Below are positions 12,671 through 25,896 of a stretch of 64,000 nucleotides of DNA, in pieces. This stretch comes from the human T2T-CHM13v2.0 reference genome, Homo sapiens. A model generated the notes under the pieces. That model saw nothing but the letters and a program-made list of their open reading frames with translations. It was not told the DNA's origin and ran no database searches. The stretch lies in assembly GCF_009914755.1 (NCBI RefSeq), contig NC_060930.1, one strand, 5' to 3'. Position 1 is the first letter of the stretch, and each line of letters starts with the position of its first letter. Position numbers and translations under genes: made by a program.

Positions 12671-14545
12671 AATGCAGATCACCATTGTGGGCTGTTGCAG
12701 AGTTGGTCTTACTATAATGAAACTAATGGGCTTTCAACGAATTTCTCCACACTTTTAGTTTTCCATATTTATAATATAGCTGCTTAGGATGTAAACGTCA
12801 GCAGACCATAGAGAATGGCTGTAACCTGACTTCATAAGCACCTCGTATCGAACAAATAAACTAGGCAATCCCAATGTTATGACCAAGAGAGTCCAAGAAG
12901 AAAGTACCTTTGGTTACCTGGCTTTGGTTTCTTCAAGCACATACCAATTTGTTGATATTGCCCAGCTTTTACCAATCTGTTTCTCAGTATCTCCTGCATA
13001 CCTGCATTTTGATAAGCTAGCACTCACAAGTTAAATAAGAAATCAAGCCCTGCAGATGCATCCAAGGCTGTTCGAGCATTATCAGAGATCAATTTTCCCT
13101 CCCAACTCCCCTTCCTGAGGATCATCGAATGTCAAAGTAAAGAAATATCTCACAGATTTGCAAGTTGTTAAATAAGTGATTAACAGAGAGATTTCTCCTT
13201 TGCTAATAAGGCTATGATTTTCTCTTAATATTTGACATTTTGACTTTGGAATATAAATTAGTCTTGGTTTCTGCAGCTATCAGGTGTTGTATATACATGA
13301 TGATCACTCTTCTTTGTCTTAAAATATACTATTTAATTATGGCTTCACAGAAGACTTAAAGTTTCACTTTCCCTCAGGAAAAAATACCTATAACTGGAGT
13401 TTATGAAAAATTATTAGTTATAGCTAATCCTGGATAATAAATTGGATTTTTGAAATCTGCGTGATTTTTACCACGTTAGGCTTTTCATCAGGAAGACGAC
13501 ACTTGCAGAAAATGCCTGTGGAATCATCAAGCAGCAATTTCACTGCTGCACTGTTAAGACAAATACAATTGAGAAGATCATCTATGGAATTTGTCAGATG
13601 GTGAAATCTGCTTTTAGAAAAAAAATATCATATAGTAGTCAGAGGACAAGTGGTAGTTCCTAGTGACTTCTCCCCTTTCCTGAGTCTGGGATTATCATTT
13701 CCCCCTCCTCACCTAAACTCCAATCCTCCACTTAGAATTGTAAGGAAGCTTGATGTATTATATTAAAAAGCATAGCTGACTTTTATTTCTTCCATCATTT
13801 AGAGAAAATTAACACTACTTAGTCCATTCTATAAGCACATGTGAGTACGTATATACTCACACACACACACAACTCCTAGAAGTACAGTGTTCTACTGGCC
13901 TAAGAAAGAAAATCAATACACACAAAGCAAATATTTGACTTACATTTATACAGGCAATTCCTTTATGAAAAACAAATTCCAACCAAAACAATCTCAAGGA
14001 CCCTAAAGGCAAGAATATACTGGCATTTTAAAAAAATGCTTTTCTGAAGATGGCCAAATAGGAACAGCTCTGGTTTGCAGCTCCCAGTGAGATCAACACA
14101 GAAGGCCAGTGATTTCTGCATTCCCAACTGAGGTACCCGGCTCATCTCATTGGGACTGGTTAGACAGTGGGTGCAGCCCACAGAAGGCGAGCTGAAGCAG
14201 GGTGGGGGGCACTGCCTCACTCAGGAAGCACAAGGGGTTGGGGAACTCACTCCCCTAGCCAAGGGAAGCCCTGAGGGACTGTGTCACGAGGAATGGTGCA
14301 TTCCAGCCCGGATGCTACATTTTCCCCACAGTCTTTGTGACCCGCAGACCAGGAGATTCCCTCAGGTGCCTACACCACCAAGGCCCTGGGTTTCAAGCAC
14401 AAAACTGGGCAGCCATTTTGGGCAGACACCAAGCTAGCTACAGTTTTTTTTTTTTCATACCCCAGTGGTGCCTGGAATGCCAGTGAGAATGAACCGTTCA
14501 CTCCCCTGGAAAGGGGGCTGAAGCCAGGGAGCCAAGTGGTCTAGC

Positions 14546-14674
14546 TCAGTGGATCCCACCCCCATGGAGCCCCAGCAAGCTAAGATCTACTGGCTTGAAA
14601 TTCTCACTGCAAGCACAGCAGTCTGAAGTCGACCTGGGACACTCAAGCTTGGTGGGGGGAGGGATGTCTGCCAT
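14546..14674 (-). pseudogene. L1 ORF0-like antisense ORF remnant (42 aa)
   Basis: MADIPPPTKLECPRSTSDCCACSEN... aligns with the ORF0 N-terminus (MAGAPPPASLPPCSLISDCCAS). ATG context GTAATGG. Confidence 0.6.
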
Positions 14675-15383
14675 TACTAAGGCTTGAGTAGGTGGTTTTC
14701 CCCTCACAGTGTAAACGAAGCCACGGGGAGCTTCAAACTGGGTGGAGCCCACTGTAGCTCCTCAAAGCCACTGGAGCCAGACTGCCTCTCTAGATTCCTC
14801 CTCTCTGGGTAGGGCATCTCAGAAAGAGAGGCAGCAGCTCCAGTCAGGGGCTCATAGATAAAACTCCCATCTCCCTGGGACAGAGCACCTGCGGGAAGCA
14901 GCGGCTGTGGGCACAACTTCAGCAGACTTAAACATTCCTGCCTGCTGGCTCTGAAGAGAGCAGTGGATCTCCCAGAACAGCGCTCGAGCTCTGCTAAGGG
15001 ATGGACTGCCTCCTGAAGTGGGTCCCTGACCCCTGTGCCTCCTGACTGGGAGAAAATTCACAGGATGGGTCAACAGACACCTCATAACAGGAGAGCTCTG
15101 GTTGGCATCTGGTGGGTGCCCCTTTGGGACAAAGCTTCCAGAGGAAGGAACAGGCAGCAATCTTTGCTGTTCTGCAGCCTCTGCTGGTGATACCCAGGCA
15201 AACAGAGTCTGGGGTGGACCTCCAGCAAACTCCAGCAGACCTGCAGCAGAGGGGCCTGACTGTTACAAGAAAAACTAACAAACAGAAAGGAATAACATCA
15301 ACACCAACAAAAAGGACATCCACACAAAAACCCCATCAGAAGGTCAGCAACATCAAAGACCAAAGGTAGATAAATCCACAAAG

Positions 15384-16402
15384 ATGACAATAAACCAGTA
15401 AAAAAGGCTGAAAATTCCAAAAACCAGAAAGCCTTTTCTCCTCCAAAGGATCACAACTCCTCACCAGCAAGGGAACAAAACTGGATGGAGAATGAGTTTG
15501 ATGAATTGACAGAAGCAGGCTTCAGAAGGTGGGTAATAACAAACTCCTCCAAGCTAAAGGAGCATGTTCTAACCCAATGCAAGGAAGCTAATAAGCTTGA
15601 AAAAAGGTTAGAGGAATTGCTAACTAGAATAGCCAGTTTGGATAAGAACATAAATGACCTGATGGAGCTGAAAAACACAGCAAAAGAACTTCGTGAAACA
15701 TACGCAAGTATCAATAGCTGAAATGATCAAGTGGAAGAAAGGATATCAGAGATTGAAGGTCAACTTACTGAAATAAAGCGTGAAGACAAGATTAGAGAAA
15801 AAATAATGAAAAGGAACAAAGCCTCCAGAAAATATGGGACTATGTGAAAAGACCAAACCTACAACTGATTGGAGTCCCTAAAAGTGATAGGGAGAATGAA
15901 ACCAAGTTAGAAAACACTCTTCAGGATGTTATCCAGCAGAACCTCCCCAAACTAGCAAGGCAAGCCAACATTCAAATTCAGGAAATACAGAGAACACCAC
16001 AAAGATGATCCTCAAAAAGAGTAACCCCAAGACACATAATTGTCAGATTCACCAAGGTTGAAATGAAGGAAAAAATGTTAAGGGCAGCCAGAGAGAAAGG
16101 TGGGGTGATCCACAACGGGAAGTCCATCAGACCAGCAGTGAATCTCTCTGCAGAAACCCTACAAGCCAGAAGAGTGGGGGCCAATATTCAACATTCTTAA
16201 AGAAAAGAATTTTCAACCCAGATTTTCATATCCAGGCAAACTAAGCTTCATAAGCGAAGGAGAAATAAAATCCTTTACAGGCGAGTAAATCCTGAGAGAC
16301 TTTTGTCACCACCAAGCCTGCCTTACAAGAGGTCCTGAAGGAAGCACTAAATATGGGAAAGAAAAACCAGTACCAGCCACTGAAAAACATACCAAATTGT
16401 AA
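15384..16402 (+). pseudogene. L1 ORF1p remnant
   Basis: ORF-track fragment MENEFDELTEAGFRRWVITNSSKLKEHV... is ORF1 coiled coil. Premature stops and frameshifts. Confidence 0.9.
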
Positions 16403-16456
16403 AGACCATCGACACTAAGAAGAAACTAACGGGCAAAATAACCAGCTAGCATCATA

Positions 16457-19400
16457 ATGACAGGATCAAATTCACACATAACAATATTAACCTTAAATGT
16501 AAACGGGCTAAACGCCCCAATTAAAAGACACAGACTGCCAATTGGATAAAGAGTCAAGACCCATCGGTGTGCTGTATTCAGGAGACTCATCTCATGTGCA
16601 AAGACACACATAGGCTCAAAATAAAGGGATGGAGGAATATTTACCAAGCAAATGGAAAGAAAAAAAGAAAAAAAAAAACCAGGGGTTGCAATCCTAGTCT
16701 CTGATAAAATAGACTTTAAGCCAACAAAGAACAAAAAAGACAAAGAAGGCCATTACATAATTGTAAAGGGATCAATTCAACAAGAACAGCTATCCTAAAT
16801 ATATATGAACCCAATACAGGAGCACCAAGATTCATAAAGCAAGTTTTTAGGGACCCACAAAAAGACTTAGACTCCCACACAAAATTAGTGGGAGACTTTA
16901 ACACCCCGCTATCAATATAAGACAGATCAACGAGACAGAACATTAACAAGGATATTCAGGACTTGAACTCAGCTCAACCAAGCAGACCTAATAGACATCA
17001 ACAGAATCCACCACCCCAAATCAACAGAATATACATTCTTCTCAGCACCACATCACACTTATTCTAAAATTGACCACTTAATTGGAAGTAAAACACTCCT
17101 CAGCAAATGCAAAATAATGGAAATCATAATCAACAGTCTCTCACACCATAGTACAATCAAATTAGAACTCAGAATTAAGAAACTCATGAAAAACCACACA
17201 AGTACATGGAAACTGAACAACCTGCTCCTGAATGACTACTGGTACATAACGAAATGAAGGCAGAAATAAATAAGCAATTTGAAACCAATGAGAACAAACA
17301 CACAATGTACCAGAATCTCTGAGACACAGCTAAAGCAGTGTTTAGAGGGAAATTTGTAGCACTAAATGCCCACAGGAGAAAGCAGAAAAGATCTAAAATC
17401 TATATCCTAACATCACAATTAAAAGAACTAGAGAAGCAAGAGCAAACAGATTCAAAAGCTAGCAGAAGACAAGAAATAACTAAGATCCAAGCAGAACTGA
17501 AGTAGATAGAGACACGAAAAACCCTTCAAAAAATCAATGCATCCAGGAGCTGGTTTTTTGAAAAGATTAACAAAATAGACCACTAGCCAGACTAATAAGA
17601 GAGAAGAATCAAATAGATGCAATAAAAATAGATAAAGGGGAGATCACCACTGATCCCACAGAAATACAAATTACCATCAGAGAATACTATGAACACCTCT
17701 ATGCAAATAAACTAGAAAATCTAGAAGAAATGGATAAATTCATGGACACATACACCCTCCCAAGACTAAACCAGGAAGCCAAATCCCTGAATAGACCGAT
17801 GATAAATTCTGAAATTGAGGCAGTAATAGCCTGCCAGCCAAAAAAAAAGCCCAGAACCAGGCAGATTCACAGCTGAATTCTACCAGACATATAAAAAGGA
17901 GCTGGTACCATTCCTTCTGAAGCTATTCCAAACAATAGAAAAAGAAGGACTCCTCCCTAATTCATTTTATGAGGCCAGCATCATCCTGATACCAAAACCT
18001 GGCAGAGACACAACAGAAGAACATTTCAGGCCAATATACCTGATGAATATTGACACCAAAATCCTCAATAAAATACTGGCAAACCGAATCCAGAAGCACA
18101 TCAAAAAGCTTATCAGCCACGATCAAGTCGGCTTCATCCCTGGGATGGAAGCCTGGTTCAACATACACAAATCAATAAACGTAATCCATCACATAAACAG
18201 AACCAATGACAAAAACCACATGATTATCTCAATAGATGCAGAAAAGGCCTTTGATAAAATTCAACACTCTTTCATGCTAAAAATTCTCAATAAATAAGGT
18301 ATTGATGGAATATATCTCAAAATAGTAAGAGCTATTTATGACAAACCCACAGCCAATATCATACTGAATGGGCAAAAGCTGGAAGCATTCCCTTTGAAAA
18401 CTGGCACAGATCAAGGATGCCATCTCTAATCACTCCTATTTAACATAGTATTAGAAGTTCTGGCCAGGGCAATCAGGCAAGAGAAAGAAAGGGTATTCAA
18501 ATAGAAATAGGAAGAGAGGAAGTCAAATTGTCTGTCTTTGTGGATGACATGATTGTATATCTAGAAAACTCCAAGATCTCAGCCCAAAATCTCCTTAAGC
18601 TGATAAGTAACTTCAGCAAAGTCTCAGGATACAAAATCAGTGTGCAAAAATCACAAGCATTCCTATACACCAGTAATAGACAAACAGAGAGCCAAATCAT
18701 GAGTGAACTCCCATTCACAATTGCTACAAAGAGAATAAAATACCTAGGAATACAACTTACAAGAGATGTGAAGGCCCTCTTCAAGGGGAAGGACAAACCA
18801 CTGCCCAAGCAAATAAGAGAGGACACAAACAAATGGAAAAACATTCCATTCTTGTGGATAGGAAGAATTGATATTGTGAAAATGGCCATACTGCCCAAAG
18901 TAAGGTATAGATTCAATGCTATCCCCATCAAGCTACCATTGACTTTCTTCACAAAATTGGAAAAAACTACTTTAAAGTTCATATGGGACCAAAAAAGAGC
19001 CCATATAGCCAAGACAATTCTAAGCAAAAGGAACAAAGCTGGAGGCATCATGCTACCTGACTTCAAACTATACTACAAGGCTACAGTAACCAAAACAGCA
19101 TGATGCTGGTACCAAAACAGATATATAGACCAACTGAGCAGCACAGAGTTCTCAGAAATAACATCGCACATCTACAACCATCTGATCTTTGACAAACCTG
19201 ACAAAAACAAGCAATGGGGAAAGGATTCCCTATGTAATAAATGGCGTTGGGAAAACTGGCTAGCCACATGCAGAAAACTGGAACTGGACCCCTTTCTTAC
19301 ATCTTATAGAAAAATTAACTTAAGATGGATGAAAGACTTAAATGTAAGACCTAAAACCATAAAAACCCTAGAAGAAAACCTAGGCAATACCATTCAGGAC

Positions 19401-20266
19401 ATAGGCATGGGAAAAGACTTCATATGAATAAAACACCAAAAGCAATGGCAACAAAAGCCGAAATTGACAAATGGGATCTAATTAAACTGAAGAGCTTCTG
19501 CACAGCAAAAGAAACTATCATCAGAGTGAACAGGCAACCTACAGAATGGGAGAAGATTTTTGCAATCTATTCATCTGACAGGGCTAATATTCAGAATCTA
19601 CAAGGAACTTAAAAAAATTTACAAGAAAAAAAACAAACAAACCCATCAAAAAGTGGGCAAAGGATATGAGCAGACACTTCTCAAAAGAAGACACTTATGC
19701 AGCCAACAAACATAAGAAAAAACGCTCATCATCACTGGTCATTAGAAAAATGTAAATCAAAACTACAATGCGATACCATCTCATGCCACTTAGAATGGCA
19801 ATCATTAATAAGTCAGGAGGCAACAGATGCTGGAGAGGATGTGGAGAAATAGCAACACTTTTACACTGTTGGTGGGAGTGTAAATTAGTTCAACATTGTG
19901 GAAGACAATGTGGCGATACCTCAAGGATCTAGAGCCAGAAATACCCTTTGACCCAGCAATCTCATTACTGGGTATATACCTGAAGGATAGTAAACCAATC
20001 TACTATAAAGACACATGCACACTTATGTGTACTGCAGCGCTATTCACAATAGCAAAGACTTGGAACCAACCCAAATGCCCATCAATGATAGACTGGATAA
20101 AGAAAATATGGAACATATACACCACGGAATACTATGCAGCCATAAAAAAGGATGTGTTCGTGTCTTTTGCAGGGACATGAATGAAGCTGGAAACCATCAT
20201 TCTCAGCAAACTAACACAGGAACAGAAAACCAAACACTACACATTCTCACTCATAAGTGGGAGCTG
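16457..20266 (+). pseudogene. L1 ORF2p (endonuclease/reverse transcriptase) remnant
   Basis: Fragments [17 protein letters not shown]..., [11 protein letters not shown]..., [16 protein letters not shown]... separated by stops and frameshifts. Confidence 0.92.
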
Positions 20267-20836
20267 AACAATGAAAACACATGGACACAGAGAGGTGAAC
20301 ATCATACACTGGGGCCTGTCAGGGTTTGGGGAGCTAGGGGAGGGACAGCATTAGGAGAAATGCCTAATGTAAATGATGGGTTGATGAGTGCAGCAAACCA
20401 CCATGGCACCTCTGTAACAAACCTGCACGTTCTGCACATGTATGCCAGAACTTAAAGTATAATTTTTTAAAAATGCTTTTCTAAGTGGGTAAGTACTTTT
20501 ATTCCAGATGAAAATCCCAAACCAATACTCTTTTTTATATCAAACTTTATCACTTTATCTCATACCTAATCCCATCCCATCTTGCTCTTCAATGCTCTTT
20601 ATTAAGGAAATACCATTTGCTGTTATTTAAAAAGACTTGGTCTAAATGGCTATTCTTCACAGGAATACTAGGAGAAAGAATGGTGTTTTGTTATGTTTTT
20701 AAGGTTGATCAGCCACATAGTACCTTAGAGGGTTTAATTCATACAGGTATAGGAACAATTTGTAGGAGATAACACAAAACTTGGAAAAAAAACACTATAA
20801 TTGTCTTACACATATTTTTTAAGGCATGGAGATTAC

Positions 20837-20937
20837 CTGATCGACTGGAACCTCAACCTGAGTATCTTCATCTTCTTGGACTTCTGCTGCCCCCCGTGTT
20901 TCAGACCTCTCTGCTCCAGCTTTGAAAATGCCTTCAT
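20837..20937 (-). CDS. DCDC2: DCDC2 internal coding exon (exon 8 of the 476-aa isoform, ~c.923-1023), acidic C-terminal region
   Basis: Minus strand reads ...tgtgtttgtctcaatag|AT GAA GGC...GTC GAT CAG|gtaatc, with canonical AG/GT, 101 nt, phase 1 to phase 0. The peptide (D)EGIFKAGAERSETRGAAEVQEDEDTQVEVPVDQ matches the remembered human DCDC2 sequence. Confidence 0.95.
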
Positions 20938-21118
20938 CTATTGAGACAAACACACAGTGAAAATCAAAATCCAATTGTGACATCGTGTGGCTGAATGCTG
21001 GAATTACAATCAAATGCTTATTTTTAATAGACATTTGGATTCCCTTTTTAGTTGATAGTATTTTTGTGCACCCCCTCCTCCGACCACCACACCACCCCCA
21101 GTTGTTCCACATTTTCAT
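20837..21118 (-). CDS. DCDC2: Possible alternative first coding exon: 60-codon in-frame extension into the intron giving a DCX-less short isoform
   Basis: ATG at 21118 opens MKMWNNWGW...CVFVSI with no stop, in frame with the exon. I recall a ~229-aa annotated isoform but have not verified it. Confidence 0.5.
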
Positions 21119-21479
21119 TGAGAAAACATTCAGTGGTCAAAACAAGGCTGACCCAGCAGGGTAAAGTTCTGTCGAAGCTCCTGTTCACCCTTTGGCTACT
21201 GATTTACTAACATAGCCCTTTGTACAGGCATTGAGATGAGAAGAAATTCACAAGTATCATCCCAGTTCTCCCCTCCTATTCACAAAACAGTGAAAATGCT
21301 TGCTGCTTTAAAATACTACTTTTAGAAATTTACCTTTCCCAAGAGAATGCTATGCATTCAATATAATGTATTGGAATAATTCTCTCTATTCAGAGTATTA
21401 TAAAAAATGTTTTTACTGCAGCCAAATCATAGAGTTGACTTTCCATATCTCACCAAAAAATCAGTATCATTTATTCTGC

Positions 21480-21970
21480 AGATCTCCACAAGATTTTCAC
21501 AACCTATGACTTTAAATCCTTAACTATCAAATGTAAACTCAATCTCTGACTTTAGGTTAAGCTCCTTCAACTTGCTTTCCTCTGGAAAGCAATAATAGCT
21601 GTTTTTCATATTTGAAGTAGTTTTAATGTCTCCCCTCAGCCTTCTCTTCTTCAGGCCAAGTAATCAAAGAATTGCAGAACCATTTGTCATTCTGTCTATC
21701 TACTTGCCTCAAGACAGGTTTAGTGCTTTGGCCATTCTCACAGATGTTTTCTCTGTCCAATTTTTAAGGCTCTCCAGGGATGGCGATTTTACCTCCTTCT
21801 CTGGTAATCTATTACAATATTTGATTACCCCTACAGTCTAGAAAATATATTTTTATCTTTTGCCTTAAAACCCCCTTTATTTCTCTAATGGAAGCTTATT
21901 TCCCAGAGCATAATTATTTAACCTATTTTATCTAATAATCTTTCGTATTGCTAAAGCTATGAAGTCACTC
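21480..21970 (-). mobile_element. L3/CR1 fragments
   Basis: tcatatttgaag...atgtctcccctcagccttctcttcttcaggc and ctccagggatggcgattttacctcc are typical reverse L3 segments. Confidence 0.55.
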
Positions 21971-21984
21971 TTAATTAAATGTAA

Positions 21985-22140
21985 AATATATTTTTACACT
22001 TGTTGAGGACCAATTATATGCAAGGCAGGATGTGAACCCAGGAGACAGCCTAAGATATGAATGAAATGTGGACTGTTCTCTCAAGTTGCTTCCAGTCCAA
22101 TGAGGAGACAGAGATAAACATACTTCCAATAAGGTGAATG
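21985..22140 (-). mobile_element. L2 3' fragment
   Basis: ttgttgaggaccaattatatgcaaggca...ctcaagttgcttccagtccaatgaggagacaga. Confidence 0.6.
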
Positions 22141-22919
22141 ATGAGGAAGGGCAATAGCAGAGTATTATGGAAGCTGAAAATATACAGCCCAGTGAGGAAG
22201 GAATGAAGGAAAGAAGGAAGGATGGAAACAGGAAGGGAGGAAAAGAGTGAAGAAAAATAGGTATGTTTGACATTCATTTCTACCTTCTGAAATTACCTTG
22301 AAAAACAACCATCATAGTCAGATGCTAAACTCAGTAGACTACAGTTATGACCTATGCACATGACTTTTTGGATGACATTTTGTGTCCAAATGTTGCACTT
22401 GCTTACTAAGAGACTACAAAGGCAGGCCTATAGATACAAAAGGAATACAGTCTTAATACTCACATTCAATGAAATGTTTAACTGTATCCAAGCGGAGCTA
22501 CGAATGGTTTGCAGATGTGTTTTAGAATAAGCATTTTACCAGAAAAGAAGAATACAATCGATAACAACAAATAAAATAAAATTGAAAGGGCACTGGAATG
22601 GAAAATGACAACCATAAGGATATAAACAGCAAAGAGACAAATCAGCAAAGCTCAACGCTGTGCACAGTGACACAAAGAGAATATAAATACTTTTTTTAAA
22701 TGGTTGCCTCAGGTGTGGAGGGAGGATGTGTTTATCAGTGAACCAAAATGTTTAAGCCATTGCCATTAACAGCACAGAGCAAGAAATGAAGATCAGAAAG
22801 GAATTCGTAAGAATAAACAGTGATCAAAAAAAGGCAGAACAGCTAGAAAGGCCTTTGTGATAGGCCTACTAGAATTTTCATTTTTACCATAAACATTATA
22901 TAAAATTAAAGGCAGAATA

Positions 22920-23087
22920 TTAATTTTTCGAGAAAACTATTTTAAATAGTATTTTTGATTATAAATTGTTTATATGCATTTTAGAAAACTTGGAAGGTGA
23001 AAAAATAAATATGTTTAATCTCATGACCCAGAGACAGCCATCACTAATATTTTGACAATTCTTTCCTTCCCTCCCTCACTCCATCTA

Positions 23088-23135
<48 letters not shown>

Positions 23136-23320
23136 ACACACACACACACACAGACACATGCACTCGTAAAACTGGGATCTTATTGTACATATAATTTTTA
23201 AAATCATTTCTTTAAAACCATATCATGAGCATTTCTCATGTCACTAAATGTTACTTGAAAACATAATAAATAGCTGCATGTTGCAGTACCATGCTTTAAT
23301 TAATGGACAATAATGAATAG
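22920..23320 (-). mobile_element. Old L1M(E) 3' fragment containing a microsatellite
   Basis: acccagagacagccatcactaatattttga...catatcatgagcatttctcatgtcactaaat...accatgctttaattaa. Confidence 0.5.
23092..23158. repeat. Compound (TC)n(CA)n microsatellite
   Basis: About 21 TC units followed by a CA run. Confidence 0.95.
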
Positions 23321-24139
23321 TGCAAAATAGGAATTTTTAATGAATAGATACTATTCATCTGATTGATGGGTAAATATGCACTAAGATCTACTGCATAATA
23401 GTCACTCTGGAAAATATGAAAGCGCTGCTGGTGAGGGTTTTGTATCCCATGGAGACCATCACAGAGACATGCGATGTTTACTCTTCCACATTCATACCCT
23501 GTAGCTCCTTTCCTATCTTAGGAGTTTGTTTTCCAAGAATAAGCATGGTGCACTGCAAAGAGTAAGTCCTCAGTTAATATTTATTAGATGTAAGACAAAA
23601 GACAAGCCCCGGTTTAATCTCTTTCTCACACGTTGATTCCCCTCCTGCTGTATACACCCCCTACACCCACGTGTCCTCACCCACCCTGCTCAGTATTAAA
23701 TTCTCTCTTCCAAAATTATCTCATGGGCATCCTGATTTTGATACAATTAATTCAAAAGAATCCTTGGCCTCTTCTTTGAATGCTTCTTCTACTTCATTTT
23801 AAAGGAAATCTAACCAACCCTGTATGTCACCATCTGAGTAACTTCAACACCATGTGATGAGCCACTCTACACCCTTAAATACCCTGACTCTTCAACTCCA
23901 TTGACATCCCCTCAATTTCACCTTGATTTCGATCATTTTCATCAAATGGAGCGATTTCAGTCACAGCCCATGTGCAGTTAGGACCAAAGAACCTGCAGGT
24001 CACGGACCCGCTATGCTTTTTCATGTCTCACCCTATGCCTTCCATGTCTAGTTTGCCACTTCTACCCTGTCCCTGGGTGGTGGCCCAACAGCAGACTTAC
24101 TCATGGCTCAAATCTTACTCAGCTGTCAATGTTTCATGA

Positions 24140-24515
<376 letters not shown>

Positions 24516-25749
24516 CCTCTGCACTACTTTTTCCTCCCACATACTGCGTTTATTCATGATCACACTTACTTTAATCAATTTCTTTTACCAATTCTGCCCC
24601 CTTCCCTGCTAGACCACAAGCTCCTTTAGGCATAGACCACAATTTTTGTCCTGTGCCTAGCACAATGTCAGCCTCCTAACAGGTTTTGACATGTTCTTTA
24701 AACTGAACTAACAATACAAAGCATTATATAAACACCAAATTTTTGGCATTGTCTGCAAGTATTATTTGTAATACAATCTGTATTCATATACACTTCATCC
24801 AGGGCCAAGATCCGTGGGCCAATGTGAGTGTTCAAAAGTAAATTAGGCCTTAAATTAGAAAATTAAAATCATTTGATGCCAAAGAATTGCCAACAAGGCC
24901 AAAATACAATGGAAAAGAATCCGAATGATATAATAAGAATATGTTTCCCCTCTGTCGATGCCATCGTAAAAAGCAACTGAAGACACATTTCATGGACAAA
25001 GTCAAAGATAAAACATTGAAAATTTAAAACACCTGCTTGCAAGTATAGATTCCATGAGAAATTTCCAAAAGTATTACCCTTTTTATCAAGGGCAACATTA
25101 TTTGAGCACTTCAAAACCTTACCATATTCCCTTTATTACTACTAATTTAAACTTGCACAGTAAATTTGTGGATTTAGACCATGACAGCGTTATTATGTGC
25201 CATGGTTGTCTAGTTATTGCTACAGCAACATCAGCTATTCTACCACGACTCATGAAGGGTGAGTGACAACTAGGGCTGAGGTGTTTTGTCCCCAATGAGA
25301 CACAGAAGCAGTTTTAGTGTCACTTGGGATTTTCATAAAAACAGGAACTTAGTGTTACTACATACTAATGTCAACAGGTAAGTGATCCTTTTTGCCACAC
25401 ACTGCCCACCTGTGAACTTTTTAGTGTGCCAATAATAGTTCTGCACACATTCAGGAGTTCTGAGTCCCCTTTTACTGAGCATTAGTATAATTTTCAACTG
25501 CTCATGAAACGTCTTGAGTTTTAGCAATTTTGCTTCCTCTAAAACTAATTGGGCACAGCAAGTATAATAACAGAATGCCTGTGTATCATATAAAAGTAAC
25601 TCTTCTCTAGGTAGTAAAAGTGAGCTCTTGGGAAAAGTAATAATGGGATGGCGCATCATCTCAGAATGCAGAGCACCTGGTGCTTAGCTGTCTAGAGTCA
25701 CGGTCTCATCCTCACCCCCACACTTTCCCCAGCTCTTTCTAATCTATCT

Positions 25750-25862
25750 TCTATAACAGCACCCCAGAGAGATTATTCTTGTCAAAATTATCAATGACCA
25801 TCATTACAATATTTATTATCTCATTTACTTGATCTTTTAGCAGCTTTTAATGCAGCAGTATC

Positions 25863-25896
<34 letters not shown>

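Larger units (their letters stand above)
14046..20468 (+). mobile_element. Full-length L1PA7-like LINE-1, ORF1 and ORF2 disrupted, antisense to DCDC2
   Basis: 5' UTR begins AAGATGGCCAAATAGGAACAGCTC. ORF1 ATG at 15384 has a stop after 5 codons. ORF2 ATG at 16457 leads into EN/RT fragments with the FADD motif reading FVDD. L1PA7-type 3' UTR. TSD AAAAATGCTTTTCT at 14032-14045 and 20469-20482. Confidence 0.95.

Noticed and set aside
12918-13001. Possible 84-nt cryptic exon on the minus strand (cag|GTATGC...CCAG|gtaacc)
   Set aside because: The donor is reasonable but the acceptor lacks a polypyrimidine tract, and the DCDC2 frame hits TGA at codon 6. No support without junction reads.
14046-20468. 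Active retrotransposon or novel reverse-transcriptase system
   Set aside because: Ordinary old L1: ORF1 stops after five codons and ORF2 is broken by many stops and frameshifts.
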